A stretch of 64,000 bases of DNA from Lingula anatina (lineage: Eukaryota > Animalia > Brachiopoda): assembly GCA_051362555.1 (NCBI GenBank), contig CM120649.1:13206001-13270000 (forward strand). Direction: 5' to 3'. A program made the translations under genes and the position numbers. Numbering within the stretch: the stretch's first letter is position 1; each line of letters opens with the position of its first letter. The notes beneath the pieces were generated by a model. The model was not told where the DNA came from. It did no database searches and saw only the letters and a program-made list of their open reading frames with translations. Shown here piece by piece: positions 32,601-64,000 of this stretch.

Positions 32601-33144
32601 TTAATAGTGAGCAAATCTTGGAAGAATCTTGGAAGGTTCTGAGGGACGCGATTGGCTGATTTTTGGGAGACTGATGCGTCCGGAGAGAGCAGAGACTCGA
32701 AAGCCTAATGAAGAGGAAAAGTAGGTTAGAAACAATCGGCCGATCGACTATGTAAGATCTGACCTAAATCAATCATACGTAGCTAATTGATAACAAAATA
32801 TGCTTGGATTGTTATGTTTGGAAATTTGGCGCCAATCTAAAACACCACGGCCGTGACAGCGTTACGATATATTTCTCAAAAATCTGAAGAGGTAATCATG
32901 TTTACCCTAGTAACTGGCGCGAATTTAAAGGGGCGCGATCAGACTCAGAGAAGGTTAATAATCACTTCCTGATGGTCATTTTCAGCTCTTTTAGGTCTCT
33001 CCTACGGGACTATTTTTCCTGATTTAAACCAAACTAAAGAAAATTCGGAACAATAAACTCTTTGTTAGTCTCTTTGTAATGGAAAGCGCGCCAATACGAT
33101 CAGTACAAGCTAAATTTTCCTTGCAACCAGTGTGTCTTTAAGTA

Positions 33145-33217
33145 GCCCGGTTAGCTCAGTCGGTAGAGCATGGGACTCTTAATCCCAGGGTCGTGGGTTC
33201 GAGCCCCACATTGGGCG
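33145..33217 (+). tRNA. tRNA-Lys (CTT)
   Basis: GCCCGGTTAGCTCAGTCGGTAGAGCATGGGACTCTTAATCCCAGGGTCGTGGGTTCGAGCCCCACATTGGGCG. Full cloverleaf, A and B boxes, paired T7-A66, downstream T-tract terminator. Confidence 0.97.
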
Positions 33218-35933
33218 AGTTACTTATTTTCTTTTTTTTTCTTCCCTATGAACTTTAACAGTTAACTTTAAATGTAAGATTTGTTATTTTACGTTACATA
33301 ATATATTTAAAACTTATTTGCATGTAACTGCCAATGAACATCCTTATTTAAGACACTGTGATAAAGGAAAGTATACCTTCACATTTGACTTTTCTGTTTA
33401 AGAAATTGCTGTGAATGTTCAATGATTTACTACTGAGTCAGACTCCTTCCATGACTTTCGCAAGCAAGAGGAAGAAAATTTTGACTTGTAAATGTTTTTT
33501 TATTCAATATATTGCTATATAAATCAAATATGAAAGCATTTGGCTTACATTCACTCTATATTTGTGCTGTCTCTCTCTCTATATATATATCACCACCATC
33601 AAAACAAAAAAACTTTAGAGCAAAAGGAAAGTACATGGACTTTTCTCTGAAACATTTCTTCTTGGTTCCAGTGCCTGTTACACTAGACAATCTCTTTATA
33701 CAATACCCTTGAAACTATGTCAGAATTTTCATTGTTCCGAGGCCAATTTTCCACACTAATATTGCAATATACTTCCATTTAATGCTATGTACAGCAAATA
33801 ATGGTTATAAAGTTTGTGTAATTATGACCGAGCTCAGTGAGCTGTAATGAAAGCTAGACCTAAAGAATATCAAACCTCAAAGAAACACACTGCATTACAC
33901 ATCTTAACATAGAACTACAAGATTTAAACACTATTGCCTCTAGCTCTTGCTCACAGATTTTAGAGAAAAATGTACTGAACAAAATAATAATAATAATAAT
34001 AATGACAAAAATTGAATTACATAAACTATCATAATAATAAAATCAATCACTTTTCTCGACATACACTGATAAACTTGCAGTGAGATGCGCATTATCAATA
34101 ACTAATTCAACACCTTTCAAAAAATAACCATAAACAATTTTAAAGAAACATTGTGCACATTTATCAAAAAAAAAAAAAAATCCCCTTGAATTTTGTTCAG
34201 TATATTAGTAACAAAATTGATAAATACATGTATTGCTTCATTCATGACTAAAGTTTAGTTAAAGATAACTGCATCACCAAAATCACGTTAGGGGTAGGGA
34301 CCCAGGAAGGGGGGGGGGGGGAAGGAAAGAACATAAGCTTGACACTAGCCATAATTTCTAATTTGGTCATATTCTAGATATTATTTTAACTAACCTAGGG
34401 GAAATAAGTGTAATTTTTGGGGTCAGCCTTTTCAAAAACTATCTGCTCTCTTTGAGAAAACCCAGGTATAAGATGGCAACTTTCTTACTTTCATTAAAAA
34501 ATAACTTTAAATTCATATCATATTTCTTGGTTTGTCAAGAAATACGTTAAATAGCAATATCAAAATAAATATATTCCACTTAACATTTTCCATTTTCGGC
34601 AACTTCAACAATTCCACTTCCAAAATGGGGTATGTTTTAACAATGACTTTACAATAACATGACACAATATGAAATGCCTATGGCAATGAAATACTAATGA
34701 TTATCAGATTTATAAATACATACCAGTAGAAACTGACATGAGTGGCAAAATATAGCATTATTCAATTAAGCAAAATAACGTAAATGTAGCAAAATAACAA
34801 TTTGTGCAGTATATATGAATGCTGGAGAGGGTTACTCTTTTCTAGCTAAAAACAAATGCTTCATCTAGCCGAATTTTATATTTTAGTTAGTCAATAATAA
34901 TCTGTAACAAATTTTAACAAAATTAAAAAAAAAAAAAAAACCTAAAAATAACAAACACAAATAACATTTTTCAAAAATAATTGCATTCACTTCAAAATTT
35001 GGTTCATACAAAATATTCAGCCCATAATTTTGTATTTATTTTTCTCCTGTGAGTGTTAACTTAAAAAAATTGCCTTCAAAATGCATCAACATCACAGAAA
35101 GGAATTCAATTTTATTGATGACTGAAGATACTTTAATCCTTCATGTTCTGTTGTTTTTGATATGATCAAAACAAGAATGACTTCCTGGTTGTCATTTTTA
35201 CTGAACAATCTAAAATTTAAATTCTCATGACTTCAAAATGAATAATTTCTAAGCTGTATCTATCGTAAGATAGTCAACAGTCATGAATAAAAGCACAACT
35301 CTACAAAGCCTTATAGCCATATAGACATACCATACATAATACTTGAATTAACATGACCAGTTCACTTAAAGCTAAATACAAGTAAATAGGATTTTTTGCA
35401 TGTTACAATTGTGAAGCAATAATAAACATTTACAAATTAATACACATGTATTCAGCAAAGTCTGTCAATAAAGTAATGGAGCCATCCTGTTTAAGAGCAC
35501 TAATTGTCGACATCAATGAAAAGTCCATCAAATCTTTTACAATCATAACAAAAACCATTCAAAACAAGCACCTTGAGAGCGGCAACTGTTACATCTTTAT
35601 ATAAACCTGGTCAGCAATTAACCCTCCTGTATATTTTACATCCAATACAACTTCCTGCTCGAGTATTATTCAACCCAATTTTACTACATCATCTACCTCA
35701 TTAATCAAAGCCCCTGTTCAAGAGTGGTTCAACCCATACATTTAATTCAAACAAAATTTCAGCAAGTCCCTGTGAATGGATGGTCAAACCCACACATTAT
35801 CTCAATTATTTCCCATGATCTGCCTTCTGTAAGTGCTGATTGACTGCAGTTCTATGATACTGAAGCATAAGTGTCTACAAGGAACCTTTGCAGCATCTGT
35901 CATCTTCTCTAATGCTGCCCCCTGGTGAGGGTT

Positions 35934-55796
<19,863 letters not shown>

Positions 55797-55804
<8 letters not shown>

Positions 55805-56230
55805 GTTTACAAGGGTAATCTCGCGTGAAGATGCGAGAGGAAATAGTTCACACAATTATATAAAATATTTATTCTAGAATAGATTTGTTTATTAGCATAA
55901 ACTAGCTTAAAGAAATCTTAATTATCACATGGAATGTATGTACTCTATAAAAAGACAAATGATTTGTAATAAAGAAATTGGTGAAATATTACATATTCAT
56001 GCGTGGGTATGAACTACTTTTACGTAGGTCACTTGTTTACTTCCTAAAAAATTGAGCTACTGCTTATCAAACAAGAAACCAATGGTAATTGCAAGCAAGA
56101 GAGACCAAAAGAAAGCTGATAAGGACTGGAAAGTCTGCAGTAAGTCTCTTGCCATTTTAATTCTTTTAGGAGCTAAACATGGAAATAATGAACCCGGAAT
56201 ATGAAAATGGCGGTAGCCATATTGGATTTC
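55797..56230. promoter_or_regulatory. Probable bidirectional promoter between PCCA and USP9X
   Basis: Divergent genes. YY1-like AACATGGCGGC at the PCCA ATG (minus strand) and AAAATGGCGG at about 56204 (plus strand); TCTCGCGTGA at about 55819. TSSs are not determinable from sequence. Confidence 0.5.
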
Positions 56231-57407
56231 TTCACAATGCATCTCAGACTGTTTCCTACATTTTAATTTACGATCATTCGCTATATGACAACCTCTGTCA
56301 TATTTTGACAGATGTGCTGGTTGTATACATGCAACATAAAAAGAGCATACAAACGAAAGGTAGTGCTCTGCATCACTTGTTTTTCTACCGGCGTCTTTTT
56401 TCATTTAGTGCTGACATTCAGGAATTGAAATAAGGGGGGTTTCCATTAATATTTAGTATGAATTATTTTCAACTACAGAACCTTAATATATCCGGCTCAT
56501 ATCACACCTGAGTAACATATCAGCTTATCAAATGCAGAATAAATTGGCTTTCAGCCCAACCCCTTTCTGCAAAACCAAAACGGCTGGTAACTTTCATTTT
56601 CTTATCTGAAATCCAATGGAGGTAGATGATATAGAAATTTTACTTCTTGAAGTGTATGTGTAGGTGATTATTGTGCATGACTTAATTGTCCTGTGTTATG
56701 TTAACTTTTTAAATAGATCAACAAATTACAATGCTAATCACTGGTAAAGTTTGTCTAAATGAATTCTGCCTCACGTGGCCTAACTTCAAGTGTTAATTTA
56801 TTCTCCATCATTCTGTACACCTAGGCCAGATAAAAACTGACATGAGAACAGTATGAACAATCCAACACACTAGCTGAGACATTTTTCCAGGGCTCTTCAC
56901 ATGAGACCCATAGATATCCTGAGTGTGGATAAAAATAGAAGCTGATATTTCAGCATTCATGAATAATATATTTGTCAGTATTTACAGAGTCATTTCAGGA
57001 TACTTTTAAGAATGTGAAGGACAAAACAAACAGCCAGACCGACCTTGGAATTGTAATTCAGATTGCTTATTGTTTCAGATTGTCACTGACTGGCGAAGAA
57101 GAGTTTAATATACTACTGAGTGTCATTTTGATTTTAGTCTAGCTAAATGTTCACTCACTCACTCATTCACTCACACATGCTTGTTATTGTTCAGCTAGCC
57201 AACATATTGTGTTTTTATTGTCACATATTGTTGAAGTTCTATGCATTTTTGCCAGATTGCTGCATGTAAAACATGGATTTGCTATTGTGTGAAACCTTGA
57301 ATTACCCAGCCAAATATACAGTTTCAGGGTGCCACAGATAGATACATAGAAGCTACAGTAGAATACACACACGCACAGTGTCTCAAACAACATTAACAGT
57401 GGCAGAC

Positions 57408-60400
57408 ATGGCACAGGATGGTAGCATGCAGCAGCAACAACAGCAGCAGCAGCCACAACAAGGAAGCACTGATGGACAGTCTGGTAACAACCAACAGCAG
57501 CAGGAACAGCAGCAGCAGCAACAGCAGCAGCAACAACAACAGGATACTGAAGAGACAGAGAAACCTGGTGCACAACAGCCTGTAGAGGTGGGTGTGATTG
57601 GCTGACAATGAGACTGCATTCCTATAACCCTATCATACGAGCAGGATGGATCTATGTCAGTGGGGATTCTTGCTAAGGGTGCAATCAATGTAATTAGCTT
57701 ACTTGTCTGGCATGCCCCCTCGCAAAGCAACATGAACTACATACTGGACCACAAAGTTTTCCCTGACTCTACCACAGTACATTAAATTACAAAGGGGTGT
57801 GCCAGATGTTTAAGCCACTTAAACTGAACTCAATTTAGCAAGGATCCCTGATGAGTTGCATCAATCCAACTAGTACAATAGGGTTATGGGAACGCTGTCT
57901 TAGACCCCATTCCCAGAGATTAGATCGATCTACTTTAGATCGACCTAACTCCCTGGGGGTTCACGCTAAATAGCTGTCAGCCGAGCGGGCACGAAAGTTA
58001 ATTATCCCCTTACAGCTTGTAGTAGGCGGCATGGACATGGACATTTATCTGACAGTAATCTAGTGAGACTCCCTGCGGGGATAGATCGATATAAAAGCTC
58101 TGGGAATACGCCCTTAGGCCCTCTTCATACTGGACTGGTCCACCTTGACAGGTTCTTGCTGTACATATGAATACACTATAGAAGGCTTAACTCCCTTTCA
58201 ACGGTTGTCCACAAGTTTGCTTGCTTCCTTCTGTAAAGATCTATTATCAGTTGGCCATGTTGAACCTATTTATGTGGCTTTCTTATGGAATATACAGGCC
58301 GTGAAGTTAAATCCGTCAAAGTGGACCAACTCAGTAAAGAATGTTGCCTGATTTGAAAAAAGTCTTGGATGTAGAAAAAGTGCCTTCTGTACAAAAGCTA
58401 CATCGGTCATTACCGTCAATGATGATGATGGTGATGATAATAATTTTTTTAGAACATAAATGTTTCAGTTTTTTTTTTTTTTTTAATCACTTCAGACTTT
58501 CTCAGTGTGTACCGAAATTTGGTTTGGTTTTTATTCTTGTTTCCTGAAGCTTCGTGCATATTAGCCATGAACAGTGAAACACAAACTGAGTGATGTCAGC
58601 TCAGCTTAGTCACTAGCTTATTATAGTTCAGTCTGCTACACTCTTGTATTTATATCATGTGCACTTTTTGTGTAATTGGTGAGATATTCTGGTTTGTGTA
58701 ATGTTGTGTTTACATTGAAGTTTGTGTAATGTTGCATTCACATTGCAGATATGTTGGTCCTTTTTTTTTTTTAACCTGTCTGATTGAGCCTAGCACACCA
58801 CAGGCAACAAATTTGTATTCTTTTTCAGTTAGTTTTATCCTCTGCTCAGTAATAGAGAAGGGTGAGACAGGCCAAGTTTTTTTTTTCTTACTGAAAAAAA
58901 AGTGGAAAAAATAACATAAGAGGGCTGATATACGAGCAATGTAAATGTAACTGCACCTTTGCAATATTAATGATGTTATCACCTTAATTGCCATTACTCT
59001 GCAAAGTGCCTTTTCAGGAAAACATGTGCCTTGCTCATTTTGCATTCAGATCTCTACTCTTATTTTATATCCAGTGAAAACATTTGTGTAAATATAGATC
59101 TTTGTTGCTTGCAAACTATGCTGTACAGAACTCTGTGCTTTCCTGGTATTGGGTTTGAAATTGAATTAAGAGGTTAAACACTTAGATTACGGTAAATGCT
59201 CACTGAATTTGAATTAAATGGATTAATTGACCTATCTTAATTCTTGTTTTGTTGGTTCCATCTTTAAAAACATTGCCTTTAAGTTAAGATTTTGGATGAT
59301 GAGTTTAAGTCAAGTTAAGAAGTGTTCTTTTTTTGTTTTAAAGCTAAAATTGATAAATTTGAAATATTGGATTAATTGATATATTCAAAATTTAAGAGTA
59401 ATTGCCGTACTGGCAGGCGACCAGAATCTATAGAGAGCATATGTTACATGTTGTCGTTTGAGGCTTTTAGCTTCAAGTTTTTACACCCATTTTGTATATC
59501 ATCAGAAAGGAAAAGCTCCAGATAATTGTGTGGCATGTTTTATAAAGGGGATGAATCAAACTGTGAATGCATTAATCTGTTGGGACTAGTGATTATCTGT
59601 TGGCTGCAGTGCCAGCAATATTGTACTTTGGCGCCCCAGTCTTTGCTGTGCATGCATTGGAGGCCATTCAAAACAGGTTGATCTGCGGACTAACAGATCT
59701 GTGGACTAAATTATAAATATGGCCGACTAACTTAAAAGCAGTGCCGACTAATTCGATGATGGCATCCCTGTCTCCACACGTGCTGCAGTTAAACCTCGGA
59801 GCTGAGATTTAATCCTGTTTATGGCGCGTGTGGTGGCGGGGAGACTGTCAGAGGATTAAGCAGTGCTTCTTTGAAGTTTGATCGGCCGTATTTAGTCGGC
59901 GGATCAGTTAGTCAGTGGATCATCTGTTCTGAATGGCCTTTTGCATGTGTGTTGGTCATTATAATATTCCCTTAATCCTTGGTCATTTGGAAAAAGAGAT
60001 GTTTGCAGGTTGGAAGTACATATATCTGTTCACCTTGGTTGAATAATGTGGTGATAATGGACAGCTATCCTCCACCTGGGTTTAGGGTTTAAGGAAATTT
60101 ATATGTTGTTAGAACGCTTTAACCAGTCCAGTTTGTCCAATGATGTTATCCAAGGCTACTCCCTGGCATATCTGTGTTTTGAAATAATGCACTGAAAAAC
60201 ACTCATTACAAGTAAGTGGTAAACCCTGGGCAAAAATTACCCATAGACAAGAAAGCCTGTGCTCCTACAAGCTACTTATTTTTGTCATTGCTGTTTACTA
60301 CAGTATTATGCCATTTCCAGGGTTGTGTCTGCTGCCTGGTGTCCTGTTTTTATAACAGTCTGGTTTATTGAAAATCTAACAGGAGTCAAGTGGGGCCTCT

Positions 60401-63400
60401 GTTTTCAGATTACTTAGCTGAATGCGCTTAGACAATTCTGAACACAACTCAAGTTTCAAATTGTCTTGTAAAATAGACAGTAAAGCATCACAGTCCATGA
60501 GAATAAAAGTGGTTTCATTTATTGCATGGTTCCCCAGTTTTATGGTTAGTGATCAATCAGGGACACATTTGGTTACTGTTAATATACTGCGGTATGGTAA
60601 TTATTCAATAAATTCAAACAGCGTGAATGAATAATTTCCCCAAAATGTTTTGTTAATAGTAAAAGATTCATGAGTTTTGAAGATAGAGTTGGTTTCATCT
60701 CAAATAGTAGATTTCTGTCATTGTCACTGTCTGATAATGATAAATTGAGAAAAAAATAGAAAATAAAAAAAAAAGTGAAGCATTTGAAAATTTGCAGTAG
60801 TTACCATAATCTATCCAACAGGGGTTGAGTATTCTGCTGCTTTTATCTGTACAGAAGCCATTGATGTGTGCTGCACAAGTGGTTATCTTGAGACTTATGG
60901 CAGTTTGATTTTGTTGAATTATTAGACCTCATTATAGTAATGGATATTTTGTCCCCCAAAGGGAACTATAATCTAGTCAAACTGTCCACTTTGTTGGCAT
61001 CATAGTTATTGTACCACTAGCAAGTAGAGCTAGAAGTAGTGGGGATATTATATGATGTGCAGTGAAGCTGCCTTAACCCTCTCTTTTTCCACTGGCAGTT
61101 TTCATGCTTCCATATGAATCTTTTATCTTTCCAGCTTTCAATATCAGAGAAACTTCTTTTCATGGGTTTAATTGCTGTGCATGGAACTATAAAATGATGT
61201 GCTCTTGTAATGATCTGAACACAAACAAATTATTATAATCTGCTGTCAGTCCTTCATAATCCTACTTGAGTATTACAACAGCTGTCTAATGTAGAATTGT
61301 CATCATATATTAGATGTTATTATGCTTGTTTATGTGCATGTCTTTGTGAACAGTTGAAGGTTGACATTAAGAATAGTTCTTAGGAAGAGTGCAGAGACTA
61401 TGACCGCATTGAGGTGCACACATTTTACTAACTGGGTCTGTCCAACTCTATGGGATAATTGCCCATAAAGTGCAATCAGTAGAATCAGCTTAATCAGCTC
61501 ACTATAGTTAATTACATCCCTACCTGCTCAGGTAGGTATGTCAGACAGTTAAGCTAATTCCACAATTTCACTTAAGCAGGAATCCGCTGCAGAGTTGGAC
61601 CGACCCAGCTTGTATGATGTATGAATCTGAATGCGGTCTTTGCCCTCTGATTTAAAGGTGAGGGGAGGGGCACCCTTATATAATGAATGTCTAGACATTG
61701 TGGTGAAGGTCAGAATAAGGAAGTATACTCAGGGATATAACTCTGTTGTCAGGTGGATTCAGTATTGACTCGTTTCCTTCGAACTCAAATTATCATTTAT
61801 CTTAGGCCGATCTAATGGAATGGAATTTTTTTTTCTATTAGCTGAAAGGTTGTGCCTTGCCTTACTCTAGTATCTAAGTAACTCGGACAAAATGTCAGAT
61901 CTTAGTGTTCAAAAAAGGTTCAGCAAAGTCTACTGTATGTTAGAAAATGGACACATCTACATCTGTATATTTTTTGTCACCTGCCTATGTTTTATATATT
62001 AACATACAATTTATTAATAATAACAAATAAAAAGTCCTTAAAATTAACCTTTTTTTTAACAAGGATGGCAGATTTCCTCTAAATGAAAGAACATCTTTTT
62101 AAAGTGGAATGTTCTTTCTTAGATCTTGGCAGAAATTGCTGGCATTGCTGTTTGAAATATAAGTATTGATTGAAAAGTGGATGCAGAACAATAGCAGGGT
62201 ATAATTTGCGTTGAAGATAATGGATGTAGAGCTAGGATTCATGTAATTTTGAAATCTGACGTATCTCTGATATGCAATAAGCTGTTACTGAGTGATAATC
62301 TTAGCTTGGCTTTTCCATAAGTGATAAGAAAAACTGAATGAATGTACACAGCTTTTGCTGGGGTATGTTGTAGTTATTCAATATTAATAGATTGTCACTG
62401 CTTGAATTGCATCGAGTCTTATTTTTTTGTATCACATCCTGTTTCATTCAAAATAACCAATTTTAATGGTTGCCTTAGGCAATAAAACCTTCCTAGTTTT
62501 CTCTTAGTGTGGAGATCTTTTTAAAATAGCTTTGGGTTAAAGTGTTGGGAGTATTTTATGCTAACATGTAGAAGGTTCTCTTTTCATGTTGCTGTTGCCT
62601 GAGTCTGACAGCATAACCAAAGTTAAAGACGCAATTCTTGCTAAGCAATATATGGATAGCAAATATTAGTTTTGCATCAAACTATCTATGATGGCACATG
62701 GCTTCAAATGCATGTGAGGCTCAAGAATGGTTATGTTCAAATTATACCATTATATATTTATAATAATTTTGGTCTTTGCTAATTGTCCTGTTTATATTTC
62801 CACCAGCATGATGAAACAGGGAATGGGGATGCCCCAGTTGAGCTGGCAGAGGGAGAGGAGCCCGACTTCCCAATAGCTGAGCTGGCCCGCCTGGATGAGA
62901 TGATCAATCGTCCGCGCTGGGTGGTACCCGTCCTGCCCAAGGGGGAGCTGGAGGTCCTCTTGGAGGCTGCCTTGGACCTGTGCAAGAAGGAGCTGGACAC
63001 GAGAAGCGAGGCCTGCCAGAGGTTCTTCAGGGAAGGCCTGACCATCTCTTTCACCAAGATCCTCACTGATGACGCTGTCAGTGGATGGAAATATGAAATA
63101 CATGTGAGTTAGGCTTCAGTAATAGGATGTTTGTTAGTCTGTGCAGCTGTCTCTCAGCATTCCAGGGAATTTTTCTTTGTTTTTTTCTTGATTGATATAT
63201 TGATTTTGAAAATATATTGATTTTCCCTTTTTCACTAAACAAACAAGGTTAAAAAGAAGTAAGTAATGGATCAGTGACTATATTATGAAAGCATCCTGTT
63301 GTTTTTTACCAGTTAAATGTCAGACAGATAGAAATCAGTGACAATATCCTGCATAAGAACAACTGCCAATTTTGACTTCCAAGAAAAAAAATGCATCTTG

Positions 63401-63900
63401 GAATCAAATAAGGATGTTGGTTTTCCTGTTTGGATTGACTATGTTTGCATTATTTAAATATTTTTGTTCCAGAAATGCATCATGAAGAACTCGGAGCGTC
63501 TGGTTGAGCTGTGTGTTAGCAAACTGGCACAGGACTGGTTCCCTCTCTTAGAGCTACTAGCCATGGCTCTGAACCCTACTTCTAAGTAAGTGGCAATGTT
63601 TTATGTAGTGTGTTTTCATGTGTTGGATATTGCCAAACTGATAATACAAAGTCAAAAAAAATAAAATATAGTAAATGGATATATAAGATGAGCTAAAATG
63701 AGATGAACTAAAATACTTTAAGACGTCCAGGTATGATTATCTAAATATAAAATATAGATACATATTAATACCCCTGCTGCGTTCTCTGTTATAGGTTTCA
63801 TGTGTATAACAGCACAAGACAATCTGAGTCAGTTCCTGCTGGGTCCACACCAGCTGAGGATGAGCTGTATGCTAGGCCTCCAGATCCAAGAACTCCCAGG
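57408..63900 (+). CDS. USP9X: Ubiquitin carboxyl-terminal hydrolase FAF-X / USP9X ortholog, 5' part (continues beyond window)
   Basis: Exons 57408-57587 (poly-Gln; less certain), 62807-63103 ([63 protein letters not shown]), 63473-63585 ([26 protein letters not shown]), 63795-63900 (FHVYN..ARPPDPR). Phases are compatible. Confidence 0.92.
57429..57542 (+). repeat. CAG/CAA (poly-Gln) coding repeats
   Basis: Direct reading within the putative first coding exon of USP9X. Confidence 0.85.
57903..58113. mobile_element. Harbinger-like MITE in USP9X intron
   Basis: TTA on both sides; imperfect TIR ATTCCCAGAG..TAGATCGATCTA / TAGATCGATATA..CTCTGGGAAT. Confidence 0.55.
59661..59939. mobile_element. 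MITE-like element with imperfect TIRs of about 50 bp
   Basis: AGGCCATTCAAAACAG..GATC..GACTAAC.GATC..GACTAAAT versus the reverse complement of ATTTAGTC..GATC.GTTAGTC..GATC..CTGTTCTGAATGGCCT. Confidence 0.6.
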
Positions 63901-64000
63901 GTAAGTTAAGGAGGCTTATATGTATTGCTTCAGATGAAATATTGATGACATTTTGTGGGTCACTTGTTGATAGAAGTAAGGTGTGAATGATGGAATGTAG

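Larger units (their letters stand above)
26425..32601 (-). mobile_element. Decayed DNA transposon, ISL2EU/IS4EU-like, copy 2 (inverted relative to copy 1; carries nested insertions)
   Basis: ATTA|ACCCATTACAG ... CTACAATGGGT|TAAT. THAP-like remnant on the minus strand at about 32325-32462. Convergent remnant on the plus strand at 26541-26681 (AYRDQ...YM*KLQLISGIDPYKL...LTYPNIV) resembles the N-terminus of the partner (YqaJ exonuclease-type) protein, recognised from memory. Confidence 0.75.

Noticed and set aside
26422-32604. piggyBac assignment from TTAA|CCC...GGG|TTAA
   Set aside because: The ends fit, but the internal remnants (THAP-like and GIDPY partner motif) point to ISL2EU/IS4EU with a TA duplication. 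Not fully excluded.
57184-57733. Poly-Cys, poly-Leu and poly-Ala ORFs on the minus strand
   Set aside because: Antisense shadows of the CAG/CAA repeat.

Overview
AT-rich, intron-rich animal genomic DNA, probably from an invertebrate and plausibly a lophotrochozoan (taxon is inference). All gene models were built by hand from GT-AG junctions and frame continuity. (1) 689-23929: two tandem minus-strand paralogs of a PAN-like/CUB gene. The complete copy (8873-23929, 12 exons, about 920 aa) encodes signal peptide + PAN-like + 3 CUB + Ser/Thr stalk + 2 sushi + TM. The other copy runs off the left edge. (2) 15.7-32.6 kb: a transposon cluster. It holds an almost full-length uninterrupted LINE ORF2 (RTE-X-like) and two inverted copies of a decayed THAP-type DNA transposon (ISL2EU/IS4EU-like). 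One copy carries a nested IS3EU-like element (TATGG..CCATA ends, 6-bp TSD), which itself contains a third element. (3) tRNA-Lys(CTT) at 33145. (4) A complete PCCA gene (35934-55804, minus strand). It appears to have a pair of mutually exclusive exons (17A/17B), and a 4-exon, about 1494-aa beta-helix/Cys-rich/multi-TM gene is nested antisense in intron 8. (5) The 5' part of USP9X/faf, head-to-head with PCCA. The most novel-looking item is the candidate mutually exclusive exon pair in PCCA.
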